Origin: Ylistrum balloti
Taxonomy: Eukaryota
Direction: 5' to 3'
Assembly (NCBI RefSeq): GCF_031769215.1
Contig: NW_026781973.1
Coordinates: 1 to 64,000, forward strand
Length of the DNA: 64,000 bases
Shown here piece by piece: positions 61,437 through 64,000 of the stretch (within the stretch, counting starts at the first letter, position 1; each line of letters begins with the position of its first letter). The position numbers and the translations under genes are program-made. Under the pieces are notes generated by a model. It saw only the letters and a program-made list of their open reading frames with translations, made no database searches and had not been told where the DNA came from.

Positions 61437-62452
61437 GTGTTGTGTATCATACAAGAAATAAAATGTAATGGTGTTATATAGGTAGTTGTGTATCATACAG
61501 GAAATTAATTGTAATGGTGTTATGTAGGGTGTTGTGTATCAAACAGGAAATTAAATGTAATGGTGTTATATATAGTGTTGTGTATCAAACAGGAAATTAA
61601 ATGTAATGGTGTTATATATAGTGTTGTGTATCAAACAGGAAATTAAATGTAATGGTGTTATATATAGTGTTGTGTATCAAACAGGAAATTAAATGTAATG
61701 GTGTTATATATAGTGTTGTGTATCAAACAGGAAATTAAATGTAATGGTGTTATATATAGTGTTGTGTATCATACAAGAAATAAAATGTAATGGTGTTATA
61801 TATAGTGTTGTGTATCAAACAGGAAATTAAATGTAATGGTGTTATGTAGGTAGTTGTGTATCAAACAGGAAATTAAATGTAATGGTGTTATGTAGGGTGT
61901 TGTGTATCATACAGGAAATTAAATGTAATGGTGTTATGTAGGGTGTTGTGTATCATACAGGAAATTAAATGTAATGGTGTTATGTAGGGTGTTGTGTATC
62001 ATACAGGAAATTAATTGTAATGGTGTTATGTAGGGTGTTGTGTATCATACAGGAAATTAAATGTAATGGTGTTATATAGTGTTGTGTATCATACAGGAAA
62101 TTAAATGTAATGGTGTTATATAGTGTTGTGTATCATACAGGAAATTAAATGTAATGGTGTTATGTAGGGTGTTGTGTATCATACAGGAAATTAATTGTAA
62201 TGGTGTTATATAGGGTGTTGTTTATCATACAGGAAATTAATTGTAATGGTGTTATATAGGGTGTTGTTTATCATACAGGAAATTAAATGTAATGGTGTTA
62301 TGTAGGGTGTTGTGTATCATACAGGAAATTAAATGTAATGGTGTTATGTAGGGTGTTGTGTATCATACAGGAAATTAATTGTAATGGTGTTATATATAGT
62401 GTTGTGTATCATACAGGAAATTAAATATAATGGTGTTATATAGGGTGTTGTT
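61437..62452. repeat. 46-48 bp tandem array, ~21 copies
   Basis: Unit GTGTTGTGTATCA(T/A)ACAGGAAATTAA(A/T)TGTAATGGTGTTAT(G/A)TAGG. Confidence 0.97.
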
Positions 62453-64000
62453 TACAGAAAGAGGTCAATTATGTGTGGTATTTCCAGTTGGTGCATTTTT
62501 AAGGGGCATTAGAGTTATACCTGGGTGCTGTATAATATGCTGTCATAGACCAATGTTGTAAATTATGTATGGTGTTGTAAATTATCAATTAAACTTTAAG
62601 GAAATTTTAATAAAACATGTTGTATATATGAATATCTTGGTATTGGCACATTTCATCATATAAACCAGTTTATTACAATTCATGGATATACATCAACATA
62701 AGAATGTTCGGATTTTGGCAATGGACATTTACAAAACTACATGTACTTCAACACTTAAAACTGAATAAAAGTGCACTGGAATGATACATATTTGAGGTCT
62801 TTATGGAAAACATACACGTGCCTTAAAACTTGAAAGGAGAGAATCAAGATAATTTCCATTCAACCATTTAACTTGAAAAAAATCCCTTTTTGACATAAAT
62901 TTCCTGCTTTCGTTTATCTATCATCCCATAACACTTAAAAATGTAACATTTAAGTTAAAGGAAATTACATAAAAATGTCTAAAAATCTATATATGTTACA
63001 GGATTTACTTCTAAACGATATGTTATTTATGTCACCCGAATTCCTGGTTTATAACAGATGTAAAACACATTAGGATGTCACAGGGGAAGAACCCAACATG
63101 TGTCTTGAATGTTTCTCATTAATTCCCTCGCTCAAAAACATATTTAATTAATGTGTTGATAAATTGTAATGTCAAATTAATAAACACACACGTTCCATAT
63201 AGATACCTCTGACTTAAAAACATATCATGTTCCTGAGCCAAACTTTAGTGTAAAGTGTCCTAGAGATATGGCCAAGACAAATGGCCATTTGATGTCTTAT
63301 CTTGATCCAGCTTTCCCTTGAAATGACAAGTAAAACTTAGAAATTATGACCTAGAACTTACACATTATTTACTGTTATCGGGTCTGATTTTGTTTCCATG
63401 CAAATAATGAATTCATTCATCTCTGCCCACACGGCAGTGGCATTGATAACATCAAAAGTTAATATCACACCAACCAGGATTAAAACGAAACTAACAACTA
63501 CACAGGGTTCATATGTGAAAAGCACACTTCAATATATATTGTACAGATAATTTATAAGTAAAAAAAAAATTATAATACTTTTGTCCTCTTAGGACTCTGC
63601 TAGAGTTGTTTAGTCCTTCTAGAACTCGTCAGTGATGCTAAGTGCCCAAATTTTGAAGTCTAAGAGGCTACTAAGGAAAATCCGAAGTGATCGAAAGAAA
63701 AGTGAAAAAACCCACAAGGATTCTGAAGTATGTAAATCTAGAAATTAAGGTGTAAGATGAACAGCGGCCGAAACACATATCTATATATCGATGGTGATGC
63801 AAGCTAACCCATCATAACACTATCAACTTAAACTGAAGCTATCAAGCTACAAGATTACATAAAAACACAATAAGAGTTTATCTTTATAGTTTAATTTCAG
63901 ATTCATTTATATAATGAAATAAGAAGATTGGTCGAAATTCATGTCAAGTTATTCATAATAATTTGTGGCTCTGTCTCTGTAAAGTTCGTTATTTCCAGTA

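Noticed and set aside
7174-62452. CRISPR-like appearance of the regular repeats
   Set aside because: Units are contiguous with no unique spacers, there are no cas genes, and the DNA is eukaryotic.

Overview
AT-rich, intron-containing animal genomic DNA; the repeat families point to a bivalve mollusc (inferred, not proven). I assembled spliced genes by hand from the splice sites, because the ORF track misses many of the exons. From left to right: (1) a small unknown ORF lying head-to-head with vezatin (VEZT, 13 coding exons, ~863 aa, one probable GC-AG intron); (2) CEP83 (11 coding exons, ~774 aa), tail-to-tail with VEZT; (3) a probable decaying gene lying head-to-head with CEP83, with a 14-nt microexon and a 13-aa repeat exon; (4) two paralogous 3-exon C3HC4 RING genes with identical intron positions but unrelated last exons, both with TGACGTCA (CRE) sites just upstream, one sharing a ~120-bp promoter with an intronless coiled-coil ORF; (5) a rolling-stone-like membrane protein gene, plus exon 1 of a tandem paralog. 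The window also holds seven tandem-repeat arrays, several MITE/hAT-like and Helentron-like non-autonomous elements, a tRNA-derived element and an LTR/PBS relic. There is no CRISPR array, rRNA or intact tRNA gene. All homology calls come from my recollection of the protein families; no database search was run.
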